Assembly: GCA_965261595.1 (NCBI GenBank)
Contig: CBDHDG010000005.1
Location: 320,001 to 384,000, forward strand
DNA length: 64,000 nucleotides
Direction of reading: 5' to 3'
Source: a bacterium
GTDB lineage: Bacteria > UBA8248 > JACPRG01 > G963555815
Shown one piece after another: positions 1 through 9,815 of the stretch. A model generated the notes under the pieces. It had not been told where the DNA came from. It was given only the letters and a program-made list of their open reading frames with translations, and did not search any database. Numbering within the stretch: position 1 is the first letter of the stretch; each line of letters opens with the position of its first letter. Position numbers and translations under genes: made by a program.

Positions 1-1026
1 GCCCCAATTGGGGTCTCGGCCGAACAGGGCGGTCTTGACCAGGTTCGAATCCGCGATGGCGAAGGCCGCCGTCCGCGCCTGCCGGTTGTCCGCCGCGCCG
101 CTCACCCGGACGGTGACGAACTGGGTCGCCCCTTCGCCGTCCCGCACAATGGCGTGCGCCATTTTCAGACAAACCGCGCTGACGGCCTCCTGAAAGGTTT
201 CCAGATCCGCGGGCGCGGACGCCCCGACGCCGGACGCCCCGTTGGCCAGGAGGAGGACCGTGTCGTTGGTGCTGGTCTCGCCGTCCACGGTGATGCGGTT
301 GAACGAATCGTCCGCGGCCCGGATCAGCGTCTTCCGCAAGTCCGCCGGGGCCACCGAGGCGTCCGTCGTCACGAAGGCCAGCATCGTGGCCTGGGGGGGG
401 GAGGGGGAGGGGGGCGCGCCTTCCGGCGCGGCGAGGCGGGGGCGGATCATCCCGGACCCCTTGGCCATCGCGCCCACGCGCACGCTCCCGCCGGAGAGCT
501 CCACCTCGATGGCGGCGGTTTTGGGGACGAGATCGGTCGTCAGGATGGCCTGGGCGGCCGCCTCTCCCCCCTGTGTGTCCAGGGACGAGACGGCGGCGGG
601 GATGGCGCTTTGGATCTTCGCCATGGGCAGCCGGCGGCCTACGATGCCCGTCGAAGCGACCAGGATCTGATCATCGCCGGCGAGCCCCAGGGCTTCCCCG
701 GTCCGTCGGGCCATGGCGAGGGCGTCCTTTTCCCCCGACTCGCCCGTGCAGGCGTTGGCGTTTCCGCTGTTGATGATGACCGCCCGCGCTTTCCCCCCGT
801 GGACGCGCTCGCGGCACAGACGGACGGGCGCGGCGGCCAGGGTGTTCCGGGTGAATACGCCGGCAACGGCCGCCTCGCGCTCGGAGAACACCAGGGCGAG
901 GTCCAGCCCCTCTTGTTTGATCCCCGCCCTCACGCCGGACGCCGTAAAACCCCCCGGTGCCGTGACGCCTCCTTCGACCCATCGGATGGGGGGGGGGGGG
1001 GGAGGAGAGATTTCTCCGGGGTTCAT
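1..1026 (-). CDS. argJ: Bifunctional ornithine acetyltransferase/N-acetylglutamate synthase (partial, runs off window start)
   Basis: Manual translation from ATG 1026 (ATGA overlap with argC stop): GVTAPGGF..., INSGNANACTG, AKGSGMI...ATMLAF, SFNRITVDGETSTNDT, IVRDGEGAT. Not in the ORF track because no stop lies in the window. Confidence 0.95.
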   Translation of the reverse strand, partial: MNPGEISPPPPPPIRWVEGGVTAPGGFTASGVRAGIKQEGLDLALVFSEREAAVAGVFTRNTLAAAPVRLCRERVHGGKARAVIINSGNANACTGESGEKDALAMARRTGEALGLAGDDQILVASTGIVGRRLPMAKIQSAIPAAVSSLDTQGGEAAAQAILTTDLVPKTAAIEVELSGGSVRVGAMAKGSGMIRPRLAAPEGAPPSPSPPQATMLAFVTTDASVAPADLRKTLIRAADDSFNRITVDGETSTNDTVLLLANGASGVGASAPADLETFQEAVSAVCLKMAHAIVRDGEGATQFVTVRVSGAADNRQARTAAFAIADSNLVKTALFGRDPNWG

Positions 1027-2063
1027 ACGGGGACTCCGGATTGGGCGAGGCCCGCGGTTTCCGGGAGCCCCGCCATCAGATTCATGTTCTGAACCGCCGC
1101 GCCGGCGGCGCCCTTGGTCAGATTGTCCAGGGCGGAGACCACCACGACCCGTCCGGTGCGGTCGTCCAGCGCGAAACCCAGGTCGGTGAAGTTCGAGCCC
1201 CGCACTTGGTCCGTGGAAGGGACCCGGCCCGAGGGCATGAGGCGCACGAAAGGCTCGCCGCCGTAGGCCCGCTCGAAGGACGCGTCCAGCTCGGCGGCGC
1301 CGACCCCCTCTTTACGCCGGGCGTAACAGGTGCTCAGGATCCCGCGGTTCATGGGGACCAGATGAGGCGCAAAGGTCAAGGTGACGTCCGACCCCGCGGC
1401 GCCGGAGAGCTCCTGCTCGATCTCCGGCGTGTGCCGATGGGCGCCGATGGAATAGGCCCGGACGCTCTCGTTGACTTCGCAGAAGGAAAACTCCACTTTG
1501 TCTTGTCTCCCGGCGCCGGAAACCCCCGATTTCGCGTCCACCACAATCGAGGCCGGCTCGATGAGGCCGTCGCGCAGAAGCGGCGCCAGGGCCAGGATGG
1601 CCCCGGTCGGATAGCACCCCGGATTGGCCACCAGGCGGGCGTCGCGAATCGCCTCCCGGTGAAGCTCGGGCAGACCGTAGACGGCCTCGTCCAGACGGGC
1701 CGCGTCGGTGTGTTTCGTCCCATACCAGGTTTCGTACACGTCCGGAAGCTTGAGGCGGTAATCGGCGCTGAAATCGACGACTTTTTTCCCGGACGCCAGG
1801 ACGGCCGGGACCGCATTCATCGCGGTTCGGTGGGGGAGGGCGGTGAAGACCAGATCGGCCCCTTCGCCGACGGTCGCCGGGTCCAGGGGCGCAAGCTTCG
1901 CTTCGATGACTCCCTGGAAGGCCGGCAGAACTTCGCCCAGCGTCCGGCCCGCAAACGTCTCCGAGGTGAGGCGGACGATCTCCACCTGAGGATGGGCGGC
2001 CAGGATACGCAACAGTTCGCCTCCCGCGTATCCGGTGGCGCCCGCAACAGCAATGCGCAGCAT
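1023..2063 (-). CDS. argC: N-acetyl-gamma-glutamyl-phosphate reductase
   Basis: GATGYAG Rossmann motif, ANPGCYPT catalytic Cys, SGVSGAG, DNLTKGAAG. Confidence 0.97.
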   Translation of the reverse strand: MLRIAVAGATGYAGGELLRILAAHPQVEIVRLTSETFAGRTLGEVLPAFQGVIEAKLAPLDPATVGEGADLVFTALPHRTAMNAVPAVLASGKKVVDFSADYRLKLPDVYETWYGTKHTDAARLDEAVYGLPELHREAIRDARLVANPGCYPTGAILALAPLLRDGLIEPASIVVDAKSGVSGAGRQDKVEFSFCEVNESVRAYSIGAHRHTPEIEQELSGAAGSDVTLTFAPHLVPMNRGILSTCYARRKEGVGAAELDASFERAYGGEPFVRLMPSGRVPSTDQVRGSNFTDLGFALDDRTGRVVVVSALDNLTKGAAGAAVQNMNLMAGLPETAGLAQSGVPV

Positions 2064-2123
2064 CCTTCCGCGATCCTTTACAGGGCGGGGTTCAGCCCTC
2101 CGAGCCCGGGACGGGCGCCGGTC

Positions 2124-2513
2124 TTATCGTTTGGAGAATTGGAAGCGGGCGCGCGCGCCTTTCTGACCATACTTTTTTCGTTCTTTGACGCGCGGATCGC
2201 GTGTCAAGAAACCGGCGCGCTTCAGTAAGATTCGGTGATTGGGGTCCGCTTCGACCAGGGCTTTGGCGATGCCGTGCCGAATGGCGCCGGTCTGACCTGA
2301 GAGCCCCCCGCCCTTGACGGTGATGAAGGCGTCATACTGGCCCCAGGTTTCGGTTGTGTTGAACACCGATTTCAGGGCCATCTGCGCCGTTTCCCGCGGG
2401 AAGTACTCCTCGATGGGGCGGCGGTTGACCATGATGCGGCCGGGTCCGGCGCTCAACCAGACGCGCGCGATGGCGGATTTTCGTTTTCCCGTGGCGTAGA
2501 AGCGGTCGGCCAT
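2124..2513 (-). CDS. rpsI: 30S ribosomal protein S9
   Basis: [18 protein letters not shown]-terminal ERKKYG...QFSKR. Confidence 0.99.
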   Translation of the reverse strand: MADRFYATGKRKSAIARVWLSAGPGRIMVNRRPIEEYFPRETAQMALKSVFNTTETWGQYDAFITVKGGGLSGQTGAIRHGIAKALVEADPNHRILLKRAGFLTRDPRVKERKKYGQKGARARFQFSKR

Positions 2514-2536
2514 AATGTCTCTCGCTGTCTTCTCTT

Positions 2537-2980
2537 TCAGGTCTCGAGCGGCTGCGGCTGCTGGGCCTCGTGCTCGTGGTCCGGCCCGGCGTACACTTTG
2601 AGTTTTTTCAGCATGGAGCGGCCGAGGGAATTTTTCGGCATCATCCCTTTGACGGCCATTTCGATGATCCGCTCCGGATGGGCGCCGGTGAGGATCTCTT
2701 CGGCCGTTCTGGCCTTAATCCCGCCCGGATACCCCGAGTGGCGGTAATACACCTTGTCCGTCCGTTTTTTGCCGGTCAAAACCACCTGTTCCGCGTTGAT
2801 CACGATCACGTGATCGCCCCCGTCCACGTGGGGGGTGTAGATCGGTTTGTGCTTGCCCCGCAAGATGGTCGCGATGCGGGTCGCCAGACGGCCGAGAACC
2901 TGACCCTTGGCGTCCGTCACGTACCACTTTCGCTCCTTCAGGGCGTCTTCTTTTCGCAACGAGAAAGTTTTCTGCGGCAT
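2537..2980 (-). CDS. rplM: 50S ribosomal protein L13
   Basis: LGRLAT...[41 protein letters not shown]. Confidence 0.99.
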   Translation of the reverse strand: MPQKTFSLRKEDALKERKWYVTDAKGQVLGRLATRIATILRGKHKPIYTPHVDGGDHVIVINAEQVVLTGKKRTDKVYYRHSGYPGGIKARTAEEILTGAHPERIIEMAVKGMMPKNSLGRSMLKKLKVYAGPDHEHEAQQPQPLET

Positions 2981-3023
2981 GATCCCACCGACTCCACCGA
3001 ATCAATAAGAGACAAGAGAGGCT

Positions 3024-3051
3024 AATTTACTCCAGCCCCGGTTGATGTCAA
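3024..3051 (-). promoter_or_regulatory. Putative sigma70 promoter of rplM-rpsI
   Basis: Minus strand TTGACA-16 nt-TAAATT about 45 bp upstream of rplM. Confidence 0.5.
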
Positions 3052-3078
3052 GCGATTCAAGCCGTCCGGCTCAATTCC

Positions 3079-4026
3079 TTAGGAGAGGCTTGCGGCGCTT
3101 TGTTGGAACCATTCCACGGTTGTCCGAAGCCCGTTCGTCAGCCCCACGGCCGGTTCATAGCCCAAGATCTCACGGGCGAGGCTGATATCGGCCTGCGAGT
3201 CCCGGACGTCGCCCGGGCGGGCGGCCCCATAGTCCGCCTCGACGGAGGACCCGGTGATCTCCCGAAGCAGGGCGAGCAGATCGTTCAAAGAAGTCCGCGT
3301 TCCGCACGCCACGTTGAAGGTCCGGCCCGGGGCCTTCTCGGCCGCCGCCGCCCGCAGGTTCGCGTCCACCGCGTTGGAGACGAAGGTGAAGTCCCGGGTC
3401 TGTTCGCCGTCTCCGAAGACCATCGGGCGCTTGCCGCCGAGGTGGGCGCGAATGAAACGGGGGATGACGGCCGCATAATCGGAGCCGGGGTCCTGCCGGG
3501 GTCCGAACACGTTGAAATAGCGCAGCGCCACGGTTTCGAGGCCATGCAGGTTGTAATAGATCCGGCAGTACCACTCGCCGGATAGCTTGCTCAAGGCGTA
3601 GGGCGATAGCGGGTTCGGCGGTTGTTCTTCATGCTTGGGCAGGGTGGCGGTGTCGCCATAGACCGAAGAGGAGGACGAATAGATGACCCTTCGAACGCCT
3701 TCGGACTTAGCGGCTTCCAGGACCTGCAGGGTCCCCATCGCGTTGACCGCCTCCGACTCCAGCGGAAACTGGACTGAGCGCTGAACCGAGGGCAGGGCGG
3801 CCAGGTGAAAGACGCATTCCACGCCCCGGACCGCCCGTTTGAGGGCCGCGGGGTCCCGGATGTCCCCCTCGATGAGCTCGATCCCTTGGCCGAGATCTTT
3901 CAGGTTTTCGGAAGACCCGGTGGATTTGTTATCGAGGACGCGGACCGCGTCCCCGCGCTCGGCGAGCCGGGCGGCGAGGTGGGAGCCGATGAATCCCGCG
4001 CCCCCGGTGACCAGGTGATGTGCCAT
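3079..4026 (-). CDS. NAD-dependent nucleotide-sugar epimerase (WbpP/GalE-like SDR)
   Basis: Start re-set to MAHHLVTGGAGFIGSH (AGAGG RBS); SSSSVYG, YALSK, RYFNVFGPRQDP, GDGEQTRDFT. Confidence 0.93.
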   Translation of the reverse strand: MAHHLVTGGAGFIGSHLAARLAERGDAVRVLDNKSTGSSENLKDLGQGIELIEGDIRDPAALKRAVRGVECVFHLAALPSVQRSVQFPLESEAVNAMGTLQVLEAAKSEGVRRVIYSSSSSVYGDTATLPKHEEQPPNPLSPYALSKLSGEWYCRIYYNLHGLETVALRYFNVFGPRQDPGSDYAAVIPRFIRAHLGGKRPMVFGDGEQTRDFTFVSNAVDANLRAAAAEKAPGRTFNVACGTRTSLNDLLALLREITGSSVEADYGAARPGDVRDSQADISLAREILGYEPAVGLTNGLRTTVEWFQQSAASLS

Positions 4027-4094
4027 TTGTCCTCTTTCTTCACGGCCGCGCGACGCACCGCCTCTTTCGAGTCCGCCCCGACGGGGGGGAAGGC

Positions 4095-5390
4095 TCAGAG
4101 CTTGAAAATCTTGCGGTTTTTGAATTTCTTGAACGCGTTGCGTGTGTCCACGATGATTTTTGCGTCTTTGAGGAGGTCCTTCAGCGCGAAGGCCTTGTGA
4201 TCGGTGAGGAGGACGATGCAATCGGCCGCCCGTAAGACCGCCGGCCGGGCCTCCACCCCCTTGAGCCGCTTGTCGAGTACCCGGATTTCCGACACGAAGG
4301 GGTCGGTGTAAGACAACCGGGCGCCCCGCTCGGCCAGGAGGGTGAGGACATCCAGGGCGGGGGATTCCCGGATATCGTCGGTGTCCCGCTTGTAGGTGAC
4401 GCCCAGGGCGTGGACGCGGGAGCCCCGGACGCTCTTGCTGCGTTTGTTCAGGGCCTCGGTGACCTTCTCGACCACGAAGGCGGGCATCATGGAATTGACC
4501 GTGCCCGCCAGCTCGATGAAGCGGGCTTCAAAGCCGTTCATCTTCGCCTTCCAGGAGAGGTAGAAGGGATCGACCGGGATGCAGTGGCCGCCCAAACCCG
4601 GGCCGGGATAAAAAGGCATGAATCCGAACGGCTTGGTGCTGGCCGCGTCGATGACCTCCCAGACGTCGATCTTGAGCTGATTGCACAGCAGGGCCATCTC
4701 GTTCACCATGCCGATGTTCACGCTCCGGAACGTGTTTTCCAGAAGCTTGACCAGCTCCGCCACGCGCGTGGAGGAAACGGGGACGACTTCATCGATGCAG
4801 TTGCGATAGAGCGCGGCCGCCAGCTTGCAGCACGCCGGCGTGATGCCTCCCACCACCTTGGGGATGCTCCGGGTGGAGTATTCGGGGTTGCCGGGATCCA
4901 CCCGTTCCGGGGAGAAAGCGAGATGAAAATCCCGCCCGACGCAAAGCCCGGTCTCCTCCAGAATGGGCAGGACAATTTCCTCGGTGGTTCCGGGATAGGT
5001 TGTGCTTTCCAGGATGACCAGCAAACCCCGGTGCAGATGGTCTCGGACATTCTCGGTGGCGGCGATGACATAAGACAGGTCCGGATCCTTTGTCTTTCGC
5101 AGGGGGGTCGGAACACAGACGTTCACCGAATCCATCTGCCGAATCTCGGAATAGTCAACGGTGGCGCGAAGCCCCTTCTCCCGGACAGCCCGGCGAAGCA
5201 ACGCTTCGGACACATCGGGAATGTAACTTTTCCCCTTGTTGATCCGGCGGACCTTGTCGGCGTCGATATCGATGATGGTTACGTCGTACCCGGCCATGGC
5301 AAACTCCACGGCCAAGGGAAGGCCGACGTAGCCCGCCCCGATCACGGCTGAGCGAATCTTTCGGTTCTCGATGGCTTGAATCAGATTCAT
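4095..5390 (-). CDS. Nucleotide-sugar dehydrogenase (UDP-GlcNAc/UDP-glucose 6-dehydrogenase family, WbpA-like)
   Basis: GAGYVGLPLA, CVPTPL, LESTTYPGTT, FSPERVDPGN, GLGGHCIPVDP; start at MNLIQ. Confidence 0.93.
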   Translation of the reverse strand: MNLIQAIENRKIRSAVIGAGYVGLPLAVEFAMAGYDVTIIDIDADKVRRINKGKSYIPDVSEALLRRAVREKGLRATVDYSEIRQMDSVNVCVPTPLRKTKDPDLSYVIAATENVRDHLHRGLLVILESTTYPGTTEEIVLPILEETGLCVGRDFHLAFSPERVDPGNPEYSTRSIPKVVGGITPACCKLAAALYRNCIDEVVPVSSTRVAELVKLLENTFRSVNIGMVNEMALLCNQLKIDVWEVIDAASTKPFGFMPFYPGPGLGGHCIPVDPFYLSWKAKMNGFEARFIELAGTVNSMMPAFVVEKVTEALNKRSKSVRGSRVHALGVTYKRDTDDIRESPALDVLTLLAERGARLSYTDPFVSEIRVLDKRLKGVEARPAVLRAADCIVLLTDHKAFALKDLLKDAKIIVDTRNAFKKFKNRKIFKL

Positions 5391-5724
5391 GAATGGTCCA
5401 ATGACGGTGTCCAAACGCCTCATCGCCTTGCCATCCGCCGCGACATGTCGGACCGGTGGGGCGATGAGGCACACAGTATCACAATTGGTTCGGAAAGAAA
5501 CGGACCGCGCGGCCATCCGGGCTGTCGAGGGTCAAAATACGGTCTCAGCGATATTTTCAGAAAGGCGGTTTTGGGAAGTCGAAAGGAATGAACCTTTACA
5601 TCGGAAAGCTACGGCCGGACTGAGCATTTCGCCCTGATCGGCCTGAGAATCAGAGACTGCGCCGGGGAGGGAGGAGATGGGGGGGAGGGGGATTTCCACC
5701 AGGATAGGGGAGCGCCCCGGCTGA

Positions 5725-6204
5725 CTAGCGGCGGTTTTTCAAGTCCTTCATGATCTGGTCTTTCGCCTGCGCCTTGGCTTCCTTGATTGACGTCTTGACC
5801 TGGGATTCGATGACACTTGCCATCTTGCCTTCCAAATCCATGTTCAGGATCGCGTTGAGAATGAACGCCGCGAAGCCCACGGCCACCGTGATCCCCACAA
5901 ACATCTTCATCTGCCGCCTCATACCGCGCCGAATTCGCCGCCGACCCTTCTGGCTCGATGACCTCCTCGAATGGGACGGCCTCCTCGAAAGGGACGGCCT
6001 CCTCGAATGGGACGATTTTCTCGAACGGGACGGCCGATTATCCCCGGACGAAGACCTTCCCGGACTCGGGCTTGCCGATCTTGTATTGGCGGAGGTTCGC
6101 TGTGGAGGACAGGAGCCGCGGCGGGAGGAGGAACCGCTGGCTGCCCCGCGGGCCCCGGGGGCTCCGGGAGCCTTCGGCCTTCGCCTGGGCGGTGAGGAAC
6201 TCAT
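5725..6204 (-). CDS. Hypothetical Ser/Arg-rich protein with one transmembrane helix
   Basis: Low-complexity basic N-terminus, hydrophobic MFVGITVAVGFAAFILNAIL, coiled-coil-like C-terminus. Confidence 0.6.
   Translation of the reverse strand: MSSSPPRRRPKAPGAPGARGAASGSSSRRGSCPPQRTSANTRSASPSPGRSSSGDNRPSRSRKSSHSRRPSLSRRPSHSRRSSSQKGRRRIRRGMRRQMKMFVGITVAVGFAAFILNAILNMDLEGKMASVIESQVKTSIKEAKAQAKDQIMKDLKNRR
5962..6033. repeat. 18-bp tandem repeat, about 4 degenerate copies, inside the Ser/Arg ORF
   Basis: CCTCCTCGAA(T/A)GGGACGG units encoding SRRPSH/SRRPSL. Confidence 0.8.
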
Positions 6205-6579
6205 TGTCGGCGCTTCTCCCGAGAGCGATTCATGAATCGCGGCATAGGAACCATGGATGCCTCATACGCTGAATTTGAACCTTTTTCACAAGGCTTTTCA
6301 AGGGGAAAGCCAATGTAATCACCCTGTTACGCAATTCTCCCGAAGAGGCTGGACTCCAAGCCGATTGCGTAGCGGCGAACCATTTTCTTTCAATCTTGAA
6401 GCCGCGAGACCCACATCCGGGACGCAATCCGGAGCGGCGATTCATGAATCCGAGAAAAATCAGCGCGCGTCTAGGCTGAATCCGGCGCTAATCGAGCCCA
6501 TGTCGGTCATCAAACCGTGAAAAACCGGATATTTAACTTAATCGAGAAAATGTTCAATCTTTTTAAATTCTTGATGTTA

Positions 6580-6594
6580 TGGCATGAAAGTTGT
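6580..6594 (+). promoter_or_regulatory. Possible sigma54 -24/-12 promoter for the EPS export genes
   Basis: TGGCATGAAAGTTGT versus consensus TGGCACN5TTGC (-12 C replaced by T), preceded by an AT-rich tract. Confidence 0.35.
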
Positions 6595-6683
6595 GAAATC
6601 TTCTGAAGGTCCGCGCTTGATGGGGCGGGAGTGGAAATTCTTGATGGTGGATTCCCGACTTGATGGGGAGGAGAACGAAACGT

Positions 6684-9600
6684 ATGCGGAATGCCAAAAT
6701 TTTGATGCCCGCTTTCTTGGACGCGACCGGCCGATCGGCTTGGATCCGCCTCGGGGTGTTCGGTTTGTTCATGGCATTTCTTTTGATCGGCTGCAATTCT
6801 CACTTTATGAGGCCCTTCCGGGTCAAGTCGGACCCGAATGAAGTTCTTCTAGAGCTCGGTCCTCCAAGCGCGGGGCATTTCAAGGCCGTTGTCATGGCCG
6901 ATTTCAACGGAGACCGGATTCTGGATCTCGCCGCCGGCGACGTGCGGAACGGGCGGATTCTGGTCTGGTATGGCGGTCCCCGCGTCACATGGAAGCGGCC
7001 CATCGCCATCAAGACCGATGGAGAGGTCAGAGACCTCGTCGCCATCGACTTGAACGGGGACGGCCTCTCGGACATCGCCTACAGCCTGCGCGGCACCCCC
7101 GGAGGCGTCTATACCTTAATCAGCGCGCCGACCGAAAAGGCGAAGTGGCGCGCCGGGACGCCGGCCGCCCTGGAAGGTCTCTACGAGGGACTCAGCGTGG
7201 CGGATGTCAACGGCGACGGGAAGTGGGACTTGGCCGCGGCGAACGGCACGGCGGAACGGAACGGCGGGGTTCAGGTGTTCCTCGGCGACGGCCGGGGCGG
7301 GTGGTTGGGGGAGTCCGGCCCGACGCGCGGCGGCATATTTCGCGACGTGAAGCTTGTGGACTTGAACGGCGACGGCCTCACCGATTTGGCGGCCGCCGGC
7401 TGGGGCCCCGTGTCCGGCCTCCGAGTCTGGTTGCAGCGTGAGAAGGGCGGCGGTTGGAAGGGACTTCCGCTCATCGTCCGGGGCAACTTTTGGGGCGTCT
7501 GGGCGTCGGATCTCAATCGCGACGGCCGGATCGACCTGGCCGGCGCCACTTTTCAGAACGGTGTCCGGGTTTACTGGGGAAAAGGGGACGGCCAGTTCGA
7601 GAAGGGCAAGTCGCCGGTGCGGGATGGAAGCTTCTGGAGGGTCCGCTCCGCGGACATGAACGGCGACGGCGCCCCCGACCTGCTGGCCACCAGCATCGAC
7701 GGAGGCGGCGTCCGCCTCTGGCTCAATGACGGCAGGGGCCGGTGGGAGGCGGACCCGCGGTATCTGCCGAAGTTCGGGGTTTTCTACGGCCTCGAAGTCC
7801 GGGACATCGACCGGGACGGAAAGCTGGACGTGACCGTCGCCAGCCGGCAGGACGGCGTCAAAGTCTGGCTGCGGGGGCCGACCGCGCCTTTCGCGAATTC
7901 CGGCCTGCCGAAGGGCTTGGCGCGCGCCGCCGCCGTGGCAAGGATGCGGCACGATGTGCGCAACGGGGCTGACGCCGGGGCAAGACCCGTCCGCAAGGCG
8001 GTCTCCGGCGGCGGGCCGGTCCCGGACAACAAATCCATGTCTCGGCTTCACCCCGGTTTGTTCTATCCGGCCGACGCGGTGAACGGGCCTTTATCAAAAC
8101 GGAAAAGGCTCCCTTCCGCCGCGAAGGTGATTCCTCCGGTTTCCGTTGTCAAGGTTGCGCGCGCGGATCGTCCCGGCCGCTCCGTCCGTTTTCAGGGGGG
8201 GGCGGCCCCGGTCAAGGGCGAAGGGTCCGGTTTTCCGGACGGGACCCGGGTGGCTCAAGCAACGAGGAGGCGACGTCCGATACCGGCCGAAAAAGAGGGC
8301 TGGGAGCCTCCGGGAACACCCAGACCTTACAGAATCGGCGTCGGCGACCAGTTGGCCATTAACATCTGGCGGGGGCTGAAGGCGGACGTGAACCGGGTGC
8401 TCGTGGACGAGCAGGGCAAGGTCGGGTTTACGTTCCTGGAAAACGTACAGGCGGCGGGTCTGACGGCCACCCAGTTGGACGCGTCGATCTCCCGGCTGCT
8501 GAGGAAATTCATCAAAAGGCCCCGTCTGGATCTCCGCGTGATAGAGTTCCGCAGCCAACACCATACGATGCTGGGCGAGGTCGGGCGGCAGGGCCGCTTT
8601 CCCATCATGGGTCCGATTCGAGTTTTCGACGCCGTCATCGCCGCGGGGGGCGCCAAAACCGGATCGGACATCAAGCGCACCAGGGTGCTTCGCGGCGGCA
8701 AGTCCATCCCGGTCGCATTGAACAAGATCTTCGATGGCGACCAGAGGACGAACATCCTCCTCCAGCACGGCGACCAAGTCCTGGTCCCCAAGCTGGACAT
8801 TCGTCGGGGGGCGATCCGGGTCGTCGGACAGGTTCCGAGACAGGGGAGCTACCCTGCCGGGGAGGGGCTGCGCGTTTTGGACGCGGTCCTGAGGGCCGGG
8901 TGCTGCCGCCGGGTGTCTGGGGGCGACCCGCTGCCCGATATTAGCAGGACCCGCGTGATCCGCAAGGGCAGGATCATCCCGGTGGACCTGAATACGGTCA
9001 TCCTGCGGGGAGACCAGCGGCAGAACATCGTTCTGAAGGATGGGGACCAAGTGATTGTTCCCGGGGAGCCCAGGGGCTCCCTGACGGTGGTGGGGGAGAT
9101 CCGCCAGCCGGGCCGGTACAAGATCGAGGGCCGGACCCAGCTTCTGGACGTGATCCTGCTGGCGGGCGGACACCGGGACGCCGCGGACCTGACGCAGGTG
9201 AAGATATTCCGGGGGGGGGCAGACGATCCTGGTCAATCTGGCCCAGGTCCTTTTTCAGGGCGACGCCAAGCAGAACGTTCTCATCCGGGACGGAGATCAG
9301 ATCGTGGTCCCCTCCCTGCCGGCCGAGCGGCAGCGGAAGCTGGAAAGAGACCGCCGGATCTACGCCCTGGGGGAGCTCAAGAACCCCGGTTCTTACTCCT
9401 TCAGGCCGGATGTCCAGAACCTGAGTCTGCTCGATGTCCTGACGAGGGCCGGCGGGTTCACGAAATTCGCCGTCGGCTCGAGCGCGAAAATCATCCGCGG
9501 GGACATCGAGCGTCCGGTGATCCTGTCGGCGGACATCGATCGGCTGCTTGAGAAGGGGGACATCACGCAAAACCTCCCCCTCCAGGACCGGGACATCGTG

Positions 9601-9795
9601 TTTATTCCGCGAAGTTTCATTGGAGACGCCAACGACTGGATGGATAAGATCCGGCCGTTCCTGACATTCTTCTTGTTCCCCGGCACGTACCGGGACACCT
9701 ATGCGACCAGCACCGAGTCGCTTCGGGTGGATATCGGCGGGAAGAGAACGGAGTCGACCGGGGGGGCTCAGCAGACGATCGATTTGGCTCAGTAG
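6684..9795 (+). CDS. FG-GAP/VCBS repeat lipoprotein fused to polysaccharide export (Wza/Poly_export + multiple SLBB) domains; +1 frameshift in G9 run at 9211-9219
   Basis: Lipobox-like LLIGC; about 7 DxNGDGxxD repeats; PYRIGVGDQLAINIW Poly_export motif; repeated SLBB units. Removing one G joins ORF 6660..9551 to 9304..9795 (KIFRGGQTILVNLAQVLFQGDAKQNVLIRDGDQIVVP), about 1036 aa. Confidence 0.85.
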
Positions 9796-9815
9796 CGTCC
9801 TCCCGCTGGAGTTGA

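Noticed and set aside
5962..6033. CRISPR array
   Set aside because: Adjacent 18-bp coding repeats without spacers; no cas genes in the window.
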